A DNA stretch of 64,000 nucleotides from a bacterium (GCA_023246095.1 JAHFJA010000001.1:1062-65061), one strand, 5' to 3'; positions 36,167 through 46,513 are shown, numbered from the stretch's first letter. Notes: generated from the sequence alone by a model not told the origin. Numbers and translations: made by a program.

Positions 36167-38614
36167 TCACCCACAAAGTAGTGGCATTACAAGAATAAGT
36201 TGCTCATACAACATAACACACGCTAAACGTCGGGCCTTTTTGTAACTCGCATGAGCTATGGGATCCGACCGCACCACGCTACCATTAATGTTCGCTTGAG
36301 CGATTACTTCTGTAAAATTTCCAACTGCTTTTTCTTCATACACAACATCAAATCTATAGGTCTTTTTTAGATTATCCAATAAATTAAGATTCTGTTTGAA
36401 GGTTGGCGAGTCATAAAATAGATTTTCATCATTTGCTGTATATGCTCGTAATATTGCCAGTAGTTGTACTGAAGCCAGTTTGCGTGCAGTTACTGAATTT
36501 CCCCCATAAACAATATCTGTTTGAAATTGGTTTCCCATAAATGTCATGGAGGCCTGACCTGCAAAGATATCAGGCTGACCAAACTGAACCCGCGGATTTA
36601 CTTCAATCAAAGGTATAACACCAAAATGATTTAAAGCAAATGTATTGAGTTTACCAATGGGATCTTCTTCGAACACTTGTTTGGGAGCGTTAATTCTTTC
36701 AACTTTCATTGAACCAACTAACTGTGGTTGTTTAGTTTCAACTGATTGCTTTGAAAGATCGTCAACATCTGTTTTTCCTTTATCGGTCTTCTCTGTCTGC
36801 AAACCAGCTCTTTCCATAGCCCCCAAAAACATGTTCATTGTTGCCTGTGTTATTGTTTCTGACTCGAGGGAAAGTACTGATTGGATCATGTGTTTTCCTG
36901 TATGAAAAACACCAAATTGACGCCGCAGAAATCCCTCAAATATAGTTTTTTCACCGGAAATATATTTTAACCGCGAAATACTATACCCCCGCTCCTCCAG
37001 CTCCTCTTTTGCAAGTTTGAGCATTTCTCCTTTATTCCCAAGGGCAATCGTATAACGTACCTCTCTTTTTTCAACAAATGAAACCTCAATTTTTGCCCGT
37101 GTTACAATGTCTTTATTTGTAATCGTACTTTGTGATTCATTCGATCGAGCTGTTTTTAGGCTTTCCACAAGATACGGAGCTCTCATACGCTCTTCGTGGG
37201 TCAATGATTGAAGGATCTTTTCCCATGTCATCCCCAAAAAACGCATTGAAAGAATTTTTTGTTCTACGGCGTGATAGTACTGTGGAGCAGCGATAAGCCC
37301 ACCATTAAATACACAATATTGACCAAATATTCCCAAGACACTTGCAAGATTATGACGCCTACTCTGGAATACACCATCAACGACCAACAAATCTTCATTG
37401 GGTACACCTGAAAATCGCATTCCACGGCCAAGCGCTTGTTTCATTTTCCATTCAGAACCCAAACCGTATGGACGCAGCATTATGACAAGATTTATGTTTG
37501 GTATATTCAAACCCTCTCCGAGTTTTTCACAACTAAACATGAGAGTAATTTCGCCCTCCCTGAATTTTCTCATCTGTTCATCGAACGTCTCACGATCCAT
37601 ACTTCCGTCAACATATGATGCGCAAAAATGTTTTTGAGGTCCATACACCCTGTGTATAGCCGGCATAAGTTCTTTGTTGCACATGTCTGCATAGTATTGC
37701 GCGTCCGCCACGCAAACCGTAAACCCAATACCTTTGCGATCTATCACCCCAGTAGCCCCTAAATCACGTAACAATCGATCATCGCTAAGATATATCTCTT
37801 TGAGGACCTCAAATCCTAAATGAGGATTTTTACCAATGATTCTAGAAACGGAAACTTCATTAAGGATTGTTTGCGCTCCCCAACGCACAGCATCGGCTCC
37901 CGATATATCTATCTTTGTCCTTGCCTCGATCCAACGAACAGGTTTTAGTTGACCTTCTTGAATCAACTCAACCATGCTTTTGTGATAACTCAAAAACCTT
38001 TTGTAGTTTGCTCCAACCACTTGTACACCCTGATCTTCATCGGATACGACAGGATCAAAGAAAAAGTAAGGAGAACGCATTAAAGGACCTTGCACTGTTC
38101 CACTTACCCCGATACAAAATGCCGACGTTTTGTTAATGAGATCAGCAACACGTTCCGTAACATTGTGACATTCATCCAACAAAATCAAACCAATATTCTT
38201 CTTAAAGTTTTCAACAAACGTTTTCTCATTAAATCCATAATAGGTCATAAATGTAACAAGCGGATCTTTTACAAGTTCATCGCGATACTCTCTGGAAGTC
38301 AGGTTTCCACTCACCAGAGTTCTTATACTTGTATCCGGTATATCCTTTAACCAGAGACGCGCCTCACCAATATCCAATCCTGCACCATCGTTTTCCTCAT
38401 CAGATACTTCGTCAGGAGTAAAGAGAAACTGTTTTACTAGGTTCGTTCTTGAGGTAAGAACAAGAACTTGCTGTGTTAAACCATGTCGACGTATTGTATT
38501 TATGTAGGCGCGAACAAGTGCTCCTAGTAGCATAGATTTCCCTGCACCTGTTGGTATTTCAGCTGCCGGGCGTGTATAGCCCCGACGAAATACTTCACAC
38601 ACAGCTAAGATCAT
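36167..38614 (-). CDS. SF2 DEAH-type helicase with two tandem C-terminal dsRNA-binding domains.
   Basis: Motif I IPTGAGKS. II LLDECHNV. III VSGTVQ. VI QALGRGMR. C-terminal dsRBD-like blocks ending GGNSVTARKLASVQLLAIL and SYKKARRLACVMLYEQL. Confidence 0.6.
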   Translation of the reverse strand: MILAVCEVFRRGYTRPAAEIPTGAGKSMLLGALVRAYINTIRRHGLTQQVLVLTSRTNLVKQFLFTPDEVSDEENDGAGLDIGEARLWLKDIPDTSIRTLVSGNLTSREYRDELVKDPLVTFMTYYGFNEKTFVENFKKNIGLILLDECHNVTERVADLINKTSAFCIGVSGTVQGPLMRSPYFFFDPVVSDEDQGVQVVGANYKRFLSYHKSMVELIQEGQLKPVRWIEARTKIDISGADAVRWGAQTILNEVSVSRIIGKNPHLGFEVLKEIYLSDDRLLRDLGATGVIDRKGIGFTVCVADAQYYADMCNKELMPAIHRVYGPQKHFCASYVDGSMDRETFDEQMRKFREGEITLMFSCEKLGEGLNIPNINLVIMLRPYGLGSEWKMKQALGRGMRFSGVPNEDLLVVDGVFQSRRHNLASVLGIFGQYCVFNGGLIAAPQYYHAVEQKILSMRFLGMTWEKILQSLTHEERMRAPYLVESLKTARSNESQSTITNKDIVTRAKIEVSFVEKREVRYTIALGNKGEMLKLAKEELEERGYSISRLKYISGEKTIFEGFLRRQFGVFHTGKHMIQSVLSLESETITQATMNMFLGAMERAGLQTEKTDKGKTDVDDLSKQSVETKQPQLVGSMKVERINAPKQVFEEDPIGKLNTFALNHFGVIPLIEVNPRVQFGQPDIFAGQASMTFMGNQFQTDIVYGGNSVTARKLASVQLLAILRAYTANDENLFYDSPTFKQNLNLLDNLKKTYRFDVVYEEKAVGNFTEVIAQANINGSVVRSDPIAHASYKKARRLACVMLYEQLILVMPLLCG

Positions 38615-38638
38615 CTCTTTTTGAACAGGCCTCCAGGT

Positions 38639-38938
38639 TCAATTAATGCCAAATCTCATTGGATATTGAATATGTTGCAACTGTTCCAAAAAAACATTCA
38701 TGAGCGGTATTATCATTTGCTGATAGTTCTTTTTAAAATCAGAATAGACTTTCGATTTACCGCTTACATTTTGAGGCTTGTTTGCGTTTTCCAATATAAT
38801 ATTGGCGATCTCGTACAGTTTCCTGTCACCTCGTATATCAAAGCCATAACCCGCGGATACCCGCACTAAATTTGTCAATGCACTAATGTTATTACCCAGT
38901 AGAGCCATGCAAAAAACCTCCTTCACGATATATACCAC
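38639..38938 (-). CDS. Small hypothetical protein between the exoribonuclease and helicase genes.
   Basis: 99-aa ORF, same strand, 25-bp gap to the helicase. Confidence 0.35.
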   Translation of the reverse strand: MVYIVKEVFCMALLGNNISALTNLVRVSAGYGFDIRGDRKLYEIANIILENANKPQNVSGKSKVYSDFKKNYQQMIIPLMNVFLEQLQHIQYPMRFGIN

Positions 38939-39069
38939 AAATTACCCCTAAAGGGCGCTCACACAATACCATACTTTTCAGAAAAGTCAAGTGGCATCGA
39001 ACAAAAAAAGAGTGTGTTATATACACACTCTCGTCGTTATTTTTCTACATTTTAAGACAAATAGAGGCA

Positions 39070-40878
39070 TTAATGCGGCGGAAGCATTGAGAGCACTGAC
39101 TCCGCTGCAAAATGTTCTGCATTTTTTTTCGTACCAGCAGAACAGGGGTTTGATTGATATCGTTTTTCAGGCGTAGAGACAGTCACCACAATAGTAAAAA
39201 TCGACCGATGTGGAGATCCTTTTTGTGAAATCACTTCGTACGCAGGACGGTTCCATTTTTTCTGTTGACATAATTCCTCCAATCGACCCTTAAAGTTGTC
39301 GGATGGCGGTGTGTTAAGTGATGGTAAAACTTCTGGAATCAAAAAATCATTTTTATTGTCTTCTTTTTCACTTTCAACACCAATTATTGTACCGATTAAA
39401 CTCACGGCGGCAGATTGCCGAGAATTTTTTAATGTATTTCCAATACACACCTTCGAACTGCACATATTGTCATTAAAAACTATACTTGCCATACTGGAAA
39501 ATCCTCCAACAACCTCATATGATTCGTATTCTAAATTGGCAAAGGGGATAGATTTATCCTGACAAGCCATTACGAGTGTCGAGACGGCTTTTTCTTTATG
39601 ATTCATCAAATGCGAAAATATCTCACTACGTATACGTTTCCACACTAAAGAATCAAATTGCAAGGTTTTAAACAATATGAAGTAAATATCTTGCACAGGC
39701 AAATCTCCTGTGTTAAGACGCCTAATTACTTCATCTTCCAGAGGTTGAGGTGGCTCAACGTTTTCGCATGCAACACGGACTACCCTATGAAACTCAACGG
39801 TACTTGCATCCTGAATTTGACTATCCTGTAAGAGCTGTTCTCCCTGCTCGCGCCTCTTAAATGCAAAATGTTCGTCTTTTTTCATGCGTTCCTGATCCAT
39901 CAACGTATTCAGATTTATCGCAAGTGTATCCAATTCTTCCGGTCTATAGGGAGTAGGATCATTTTGCAGAACTGCAAGCAAAATCCTTTGATTTACCAAA
40001 TCAGCATACCTACGGATAGGTGATGTAAAATGGCAATACACAGGAAGGTTTAACGCAAAATGGCCACGTACAAAAGAATCATAAGTCGCTCTGTTCAGAA
40101 TCAGACTGAATCGATGGCGCAAAGTCTCCGGATTCGATATAACAGAGCAAGCCCCCATGGATGCCAAATCTTCTCTCAGTATATCTCGATCTGACGCCAC
40201 AACATGTGCTGTGTGATTTCTATACAATGCTTGTGTTCTTTTCTGTACTAAATATTCTGCCACCATTTGATTGGTCAGAATCATAAACTCCTGAATAATC
40301 TGATATGCATTTATGGAATCAGGGGTATTTAGACGAATTAGTTGTCCATCCTCATTGCACACCCATCCATCCTGCATATCATACATCACAAGTGCTCCAG
40401 ATTCAGAACGTTTTCGTGCTAATCCTTTTGCAAGGGTATTCGCCACATGCAACATTGCATAGAACTCAAATGTAGTATCCTTAAGACTCTCATTCACTTG
40501 TTTATAATTTAACTTTGCCACACTCTTTCCATGTGTTTGCTGTATATCTACAGAACGACACACAAAATCTTTATCAATACCCATAGTCACCTGAAAAACG
40601 CGCTTTGAGTCGTCAGGTAGTAAACTTAACTCTCCCTCGGATAGTTCCCTTGGAAGCATTGGACTACTCCCAGCTGAAGAATACCTTGTGAACCCCTTTC
40701 TTGAAGCTTTCATGTCAATCAATGTCCCCTTCTTCACAGCAAAAGCAACATTCGCAATGGAGACGGAAAGACAATAGCGCCATCCGTCCACATTTTCTTC
40801 AACCCAGATAGCATCATCAAGATCTTTTGACGACTCACCGTCTATAGTTACCCCAATAACATTTACGTCTTCTGTCAT
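39070..40878 (-). CDS. RNase II/R-family (RNB domain) exoribonuclease with two tandem C-terminal dsRBDs; no N-terminal cold-shock or S1 domains.
   Basis: RNB motifs DLDDAIWVE and HFTSPIRRYADLVNQR. dsRBD-1 ends GNTLKNSRQSAAVSLIGTI. dsRBD-2 is LCQQKKWNRPAYEVISQKGSPHRSIFTIVVTV...GTKKNAEHFAAESVLSML. Confidence 0.7.
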   Translation of the reverse strand: MTEDVNVIGVTIDGESSKDLDDAIWVEENVDGWRYCLSVSIANVAFAVKKGTLIDMKASRKGFTRYSSAGSSPMLPRELSEGELSLLPDDSKRVFQVTMGIDKDFVCRSVDIQQTHGKSVAKLNYKQVNESLKDTTFEFYAMLHVANTLAKGLARKRSESGALVMYDMQDGWVCNEDGQLIRLNTPDSINAYQIIQEFMILTNQMVAEYLVQKRTQALYRNHTAHVVASDRDILREDLASMGACSVISNPETLRHRFSLILNRATYDSFVRGHFALNLPVYCHFTSPIRRYADLVNQRILLAVLQNDPTPYRPEELDTLAINLNTLMDQERMKKDEHFAFKRREQGEQLLQDSQIQDASTVEFHRVVRVACENVEPPQPLEDEVIRRLNTGDLPVQDIYFILFKTLQFDSLVWKRIRSEIFSHLMNHKEKAVSTLVMACQDKSIPFANLEYESYEVVGGFSSMASIVFNDNMCSSKVCIGNTLKNSRQSAAVSLIGTIIGVESEKEDNKNDFLIPEVLPSLNTPPSDNFKGRLEELCQQKKWNRPAYEVISQKGSPHRSIFTIVVTVSTPEKRYQSNPCSAGTKKNAEHFAAESVLSMLPPH

Positions 40879-41044
40879 TTATTATTCCTCCATCACACAT
40901 TTTAAATGTACTCATTCACACACGAGCCTAGCAGAAAATATATAAAAAGTCAAGAGTTTGCATGAGACTAAAAACACAGTACTAGAACGTGAACGAGTTT
41001 CTTGGTCACTACCACAGCCAGTTAATTTTTACCTCTTTTCATCA

Positions 41045-41086
41045 CTTCTTGGGCAACCGGTGGTCAACCGGACACTGAGTGGGAAG
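41045..41086. repeat. Direct-repeat copy 2 flanking the dsRBD module.
   Basis: cttcttgggcaaccggtggtcaaccggacactgagtgggaag; about 80% identical to copy 1. Confidence 0.6.
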
Positions 41087-41197
41087 TAATGGAATATTAA
41101 AAAAGCTCACTATTTTATTAGTGGCTTTTTATATTTTGTTTTTTACTTATTCGTCGTACCCTATAGCTACTTAGATATCTAGAGATCTATAACCAGC

Positions 41198-41845
41198 TTA
41201 ATATTGGTCTGGAAGTCTCTTTTTTATCTCCTTATATGTAATATCTATAAGAGAAAAAATCTCATTTTCAACAGCATTTAAAAGTGTACTTACGAGAATA
41301 GGTATTGTCTCTTCCCCTGGTTTAAACTCTGCAAATTGATACAGCTTTAATCTATTAACAATTTGATTTTTATATTTATCTACTTCCTTTATCCAGCCTT
41401 TAATAATAGGAATGTCCGTAAACAACATTGAACGATAATCAATCTTAAGTGTCTTTTCTATTAATGAATTGTCGGGATAAAAATCCAATCGCTCCACAAA
41501 ATCAGAAAAAATTACACCTTGTTGACGTAACTCACCATATGACACGTGTTCACTTGTGGTAACGAAGAATTTTCCATAGCCATGCCAACATCTCCATGTC
41601 CTAGCTCCAAGTTCATAGATATCACTAAAATGATAAATAAGAATGTGATTGCTTAGCTTGTGTATTTTTCTCAGTAGATGTAGAGCTTCAAAGACTTCCA
41701 CATTTGCAATGTCTAAGAGTATAACATCAGATTGTGTTACATCTTCAAAGGAATCTGAAACAGTTTTTCTTATACACTCATGACCTTCATGTGTTGTACT
41801 CGTATTTCCACTTGGTTTGGACGTAACAACAATAAACTTTCTCAT
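41198..41845 (-). CDS. Hypothetical protein in an AT-rich tract.
   Basis: 215-aa ORF; weak hairpin plus T-run downstream (~41100-41135). Confidence 0.4.
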   Translation of the reverse strand: MRKFIVVTSKPSGNTSTTHEGHECIRKTVSDSFEDVTQSDVILLDIANVEVFEALHLLRKIHKLSNHILIYHFSDIYELGARTWRCWHGYGKFFVTTSEHVSYGELRQQGVIFSDFVERLDFYPDNSLIEKTLKIDYRSMLFTDIPIIKGWIKEVDKYKNQIVNRLKLYQFAEFKPGEETIPILVSTLLNAVENEIFSLIDITYKEIKKRLPDQY

Positions 41846-42092
41846 TTATTATCCTCCTTCGTAAGGAAACTTATAATTGTATATTTTTCAAAGGTCTTTT
41901 TTGTTTTCTACCCAAAACACCAAAATCAACCTTCCATGGCCATAAGTATACCATAAAACTATAAATAAGTCAAGCGTTTTATAGACATTTTTTCCTTATA
42001 AATGTAGCCTTTTCTGCAATTAACGTATTTGCTTGTAAATATAAAAAACAGACTAAAGGGCTGCGAAATCAACGGTTTTGACGATTTTTGAT

Positions 42093-42116
42093 CAAAAAAC
42101 AGGGCTTTAAACCCTG
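42093..42116 (-). terminator. Terminator downstream of tRNA-Glu.
   Basis: Stem caggg / ccctg with a 7-nt loop; A7 on plus strand gives a U-run on the minus transcript. Confidence 0.5.
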
Positions 42117-42127
42117 CTTCTCGAAAT

Positions 42128-42197
42128 AGTCCCACGGGGAATCGAACCCCGATTTGGTCCGTGAGAGGGACCCGTCCTAACCGTTAGACGATGGGAC
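42128..42197 (-). tRNA. tRNA-Glu (anticodon CUC).
   Basis: Acceptor GUCCCAU / GUGGGAC. Anticodon stem GGUCC/GGACC with loop CUCUCAC. T-arm CGGGG-UUCGAUU-CCCCG. Confidence 0.85.
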
Positions 42198-42202
42198 CAA
42201 AT

Positions 42203-43495
42203 TTACGCCCACTCGGACGTTTGTCGCACCAACAACTCACTTGCTTTCTCTGGCTCTGCCATTACCTCTTTTACCACATACTCCATCCGCATTCCTTGGG
42301 AACCCTTCACCAACACAACGTCTCCTTTTTTCATGAGATTTTGAACCGTTTTACGCGCGTCAACCGATGTATCAAAACACAAGACTGATGATTTGTCAAA
42401 GCCTGCCTGTGTTGCTGAGTCGGCAATAATGCGACCAAACGATCCGACAGTCACCAGCTTATCAATTCCCAAAGACGCAATGAGCTCCCCTATCTCTTTA
42501 TGCGAGCTTTCTGTAAAACTACCCAACTCAAGCATATCCCCCAATACGGCAATTTTGCGTGCGCCCTGCACGACCTGAAAACCCGCCAAGGTTTCCAACG
42601 CTGCTCGTAGAGCCAAGGGGGACGAGTTATATGTATCATCAATCAATAAGGTGTGCTTGATTCCTGATAAAACATTCATGCGACCCGGTGGACTTTGATA
42701 TCCTCGCAAGCTCGAAGCAATTTCAGAAAGAGACATGTCATAGACGACCCCTACGCACGCAGCTGCCGCAATACCATACACATGCTGCATACCGATAATA
42801 TTAGGGAGATCCACGTCAGCGTCCTGCCCTTTATAGGACAGCTTCGCGACCATACCAATAAGCTGCTTATCATCGGGGTCAAACGAATTGTGTTGATGAA
42901 CGTGTTCGATCTTCATGTCCGCATTTGCGGATGAGCCAAACGTCATTACTCGTGCTTTGGTTGTCGGCTCCAAAGCCATAACTTTCTCATCATCAGCGTT
43001 AAGAATCGCCCATGACTGCGAGTTGGACAACTTTTTTATCAATGTCCCTTTTTCTTTAATTAGTTTTTCTAAGGTACCGAACCCTTCAAGGTGTGCAGGC
43101 GCAATCGTTGTCATCACCGCAACTTTCGGCATAGCGATATCCATCAAATATGCAATATCTCCGGGCTTGTCTGCACCCATTTCAAGGATAAGAATCCAAG
43201 GATAATTTTTTGCATAGTGAAATAACAACCCCAATCCTTTCCACAGCAATGAAATCCATTTAGACACCGATCGCCCTGCCGTGGACGAACCAAGAATGAC
43301 TAATGGCAAACCGATCTCGTTGTTATAGTTCCTCGATGCAGCACGCACGAGGTAATTCGTCTTCAATACTGTAGCAATCGCTTCTTTTGCGATTGTTTTA
43401 CCCACACTTCCAGTAATACCAACGATATCAGGCTTATACTTGCGTAATATCGCTCGACTCAAACTAAACAGTAATCGTTGGATGATTGTTTTCAT
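42203..43495 (-). CDS. murF: UDP-N-acetylmuramoyl-tripeptide--D-alanyl-D-alanine ligase.
   Basis: VGITGSVGKT P-loop; Mur ligase middle and C-terminal blocks. Confidence 0.85.
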   Translation of the reverse strand: MKTIIQRLLFSLSRAILRKYKPDIVGITGSVGKTIAKEAIATVLKTNYLVRAASRNYNNEIGLPLVILGSSTAGRSVSKWISLLWKGLGLLFHYAKNYPWILILEMGADKPGDIAYLMDIAMPKVAVMTTIAPAHLEGFGTLEKLIKEKGTLIKKLSNSQSWAILNADDEKVMALEPTTKARVMTFGSSANADMKIEHVHQHNSFDPDDKQLIGMVAKLSYKGQDADVDLPNIIGMQHVYGIAAAACVGVVYDMSLSEIASSLRGYQSPPGRMNVLSGIKHTLLIDDTYNSSPLALRAALETLAGFQVVQGARKIAVLGDMLELGSFTESSHKEIGELIASLGIDKLVTVGSFGRIIADSATQAGFDKSSVLCFDTSVDARKTVQNLMKKGDVVLVKGSQGMRMEYVVKEVMAEPEKASELLVRQTSEWA

Positions 43496-45342
43496 TTGTT
43501 TTTTTGATGAATAGGAGGTACGTCTTCTTGATAATCGTACGGAACCTCATAGTAGGTAAGTAAAAATTTTGCGAGATCCCCAAACAACGGTGCGGCGGAA
43601 CTCTCAGCCCACGTAACATCTCTTGGGTGATCGATTTTGACCAACATCGCAAAACGAGGGTTATTTACCGGCGCAAAACCCGCAAAAGAACCGATCGTTA
43701 CTCCTGATTGATACCCCCGACCATCGGCGCGCGCAACTTCTGCTGTTCCCGTCTTTCCCGCCACATAATAATGCTTTACCGCTGCTTGTTTACCATGTCC
43801 TTTTTCGACTACAGTCACCATCATACCCCCTGTCAACGCAGCAGTACGAGTAGATATGACGCGACCGCTACATTTTCCATCTTTGTCTTTTACCCTGCAT
43901 GCTTCTTTTGGCTCAGTTTTTACTTTCGTGCCATCTGGCTTGATTACTTCATCAACAATATATGGTTGCATCATGACTCCGCCATTTGCAATTGTAGAAA
44001 ATGCGCTGGTAATCTGTAATGGTGTCATACTGATTCCCTGACCAAACGACGCAGTAGCAAGATAGATTTCAGGTTTTTCATCGAGCGATGCAATATTGCC
44101 TCCAACCTCTGAATCAAGTTCGATACCGGTTGGCGCCCCAAAGCCATATGATTTTAAATATTTTCTAAAATCTTCCAGACCAACCAACTTCGAAATAAAC
44201 GCAGTGCCAGTGTTGAGAGACTTATCGAGCACATCGGTCATCGTCTGAATTCCGTGAGCCTTTCGATCGGAGTTGCGGATCGTATACTTTCCAAACACTA
44301 ATTCACCGGTATCATTGTAGGTAGTATCAGGCGACACTTTACCCAAATCAATACCAATAGACACTGTTATCGGTTTAAAAATAGAGCCCGGTTCATAAGG
44401 GGTGAAAATCGCAGGATTAGGCAATGTCGACAAAGGCACCTTTCCATACTCACTAGGATCAAAATCAGGCGTACTACACATAGCTACGATGGCACCAGTC
44501 TGAGGATTCATTATGACAACACTTCCCCCATCAGCTCCATGTTGCTTTACCCATGCTTTAAGCTTAGTACAAGCCGTCGTCTGAACTACACGATCAATAG
44601 TCAACACTAAATCACTACCATCGACCGCCTCGGTAACGTGTTTCTCCCCAATCGGAATAAGCGCACCCACCACGTCCGTTTCAAATTTCAACGATCCTTC
44701 TCGTCCTTTTAAAATGTCGTTGTAATATCCTTCCAGACCGTACTTTCCTTTATTCTTATCAGCATTACTCACGTACCCAAAAATCTGTCCCCCTAGTTCA
44801 TTTTCAGGATAAAATCGATATGTTTCTTCACTAAAGTACAATCCTGTTAAATTCAATGCTTTGATCTGATCTACTTGTTCGTCGGTGAGCTTTTTTTTTA
44901 AAATGATATAGGGTACATCAGGTTTCGAAAGCTTATCTTTAAGTTCATTGGTATCCACCTGAAGGATCGACGCGAGACTATTTGCCATGCCTTGAGGGTC
45001 GGAAATAATACGCGGATTAGCGGTAAGCATTTGGTACTGCCGATCAGTCACGGCAGGAAACAATCGTTCCCCTGCAACACTTAACAAGTAAGGCTGGTCA
45101 GACTGCTCACTGCCTCGTTCACGAAGGTAAATATTGCCACGCTTTGGATACAATTTTTGAAAAAAAACATGCTCCCCGTCCGCCAACGCTTTATATTCGG
45201 TATAACTCAAGACCTGGAGATTGAATAATCGCAAACCAAGCAAACAAGCGATCACCACAACAAACGCCTTGAGTGCACTCAAACGATCAACAGAAAACCA
45301 CCTCTTCTTTGGCTTCGATGTGGTAGTAGATTCCTCAGGCAT
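43492..45342 (-). CDS. ftsI: Penicillin-binding protein 2 / FtsI-type D,D-transpeptidase.
   Basis: N-terminal TM, dimerisation domain, transpeptidase domain. Confidence 0.8.
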   Translation of the reverse strand: MPEESTTTSKPKKRWFSVDRLSALKAFVVVIACLLGLRLFNLQVLSYTEYKALADGEHVFFQKLYPKRGNIYLRERGSEQSDQPYLLSVAGERLFPAVTDRQYQMLTANPRIISDPQGMANSLASILQVDTNELKDKLSKPDVPYIILKKKLTDEQVDQIKALNLTGLYFSEETYRFYPENELGGQIFGYVSNADKNKGKYGLEGYYNDILKGREGSLKFETDVVGALIPIGEKHVTEAVDGSDLVLTIDRVVQTTACTKLKAWVKQHGADGGSVVIMNPQTGAIVAMCSTPDFDPSEYGKVPLSTLPNPAIFTPYEPGSIFKPITVSIGIDLGKVSPDTTYNDTGELVFGKYTIRNSDRKAHGIQTMTDVLDKSLNTGTAFISKLVGLEDFRKYLKSYGFGAPTGIELDSEVGGNIASLDEKPEIYLATASFGQGISMTPLQITSAFSTIANGGVMMQPYIVDEVIKPDGTKVKTEPKEACRVKDKDGKCSGRVISTRTAALTGGMMVTVVEKGHGKQAAVKHYYVAGKTGTAEVARADGRGYQSGVTIGSFAGFAPVNNPRFAMLVKIDHPRDVTWAESSAAPLFGDLAKFLLTYYEVPYDYQEDVPPIHQKNK

Positions 45343-45451
45343 GTTAAAAAAACGTCAGTGAATAACAGGGTAGAATACCACGAGGACTATATTTGAGCAA
45401 AAATAAAAGAACTGCCTTTTACAGTTCTCTTTAATATTATTATATTGGTGT

Positions 45452-46063
45452 TTAATCGTCACCAAGAAGAGATGTCATTGCGACAAGGAAGCCAAGTGGG
45501 CCGAGGACTTCAAGTAATTCATGGCCCTTGCATTGTGCTCTACCACAACCTGGACAGACGTCTCCTGAAGTAGTTACAAGTTGCCATTTTTCATTAATTG
45601 AAAAAGCTTTTGCATTAACCACTGTTTCATCATCAAGAGTCGCAATCTGACTCAAAACAATATCAGCCTGAACAAGTTCGTCAACAATCTTCTTTTGATG
45701 CATCAGACTTCTTATTTCTCTTGCCTGTGAGATTCCAAAAGCTAATTTTTGCTTTTCAAACTCATTTTTGGTAAGAGTATAAGAAAGTTTTTCATCAAAT
45801 ACTTTTTGCTTAAGTGTTCCTAATTCTTCACTTAAGCTCCAGGATATGCCAACAAGTTGTTTTTGCTTTTCGGATAGTGTGCCAAGTACTTTTTCACCAT
45901 CCACAGCAGCGAGAGTAGGTGTTGCTTTTACAATAATTTCTGGTGTGACTTTGTCACACAATTTTTCCAACCAGTCAAAGACCATTATGTTCTCCATTTC
46001 GTACTTCCGTACTACTTTAATATCGATATAAAAACACACTACCACATTAATAAATTCTGTCAA
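45452..46063 (-). CDS. Hypothetical protein.
   Basis: 203-aa ORF with C-terminal CPGCGRAQCKGH. Confidence 0.4.
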   Translation of the reverse strand: MTEFINVVVCFYIDIKVVRKYEMENIMVFDWLEKLCDKVTPEIIVKATPTLAAVDGEKVLGTLSEKQKQLVGISWSLSEELGTLKQKVFDEKLSYTLTKNEFEKQKLAFGISQAREIRSLMHQKKIVDELVQADIVLSQIATLDDETVVNAKAFSINEKWQLVTTSGDVCPGCGRAQCKGHELLEVLGPLGFLVAMTSLLGDD

Positions 46064-46153
46064 GTCTTACACGACAAACAAAACAAGCAGCCTACAGAAA
46101 AGGGCTGCTTGTGTCGATAGGCGAAGAGTATTCTTAGATACGAAAACCTTGGT

Positions 46154-46513
46154 CTATCGAACGGCGACGGGTTGATCGGTGGAAATAAAGTCCAATTTAT
46201 CAGTAGAAACGAGTTTCATGCCATTCATCCTCTGTTGAACGTTTGACATAGACTGCTTTTCAATTGCATGAAGCTGCAGTTTTTCATTGTCTGCCTGCAG
46301 TTTTTCTACATTTCGCTGAAGTTCCTTTATACGATACCCCTTCGTCGACAAACCATTCACCTGCACGAGATACACTATCCCGAGGGTGGCGCTTGTCAAG
46401 AGAAGAATCGCATTAAGACGAGTTAATTTTTCACGAGAAATATGAGCCTTTCGAAGTTGAACAAGAGAAGAGGTAATTTGGCGCGCTTTTATTTTATAAA
46501 ACGAGTTTGACAT
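46154..46513 (-). CDS. FtsL-like cell-division protein.
   Basis: Single TM plus coiled coil (LQRNVEKLQADNEKLQL); sits between rsmH and ftsI. Confidence 0.5.
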   Translation of the reverse strand: MSNSFYKIKARQITSSLVQLRKAHISREKLTRLNAILLLTSATLGIVYLVQVNGLSTKGYRIKELQRNVEKLQADNEKLQLHAIEKQSMSNVQQRMNGMKLVSTDKLDFISTDQPVAVR

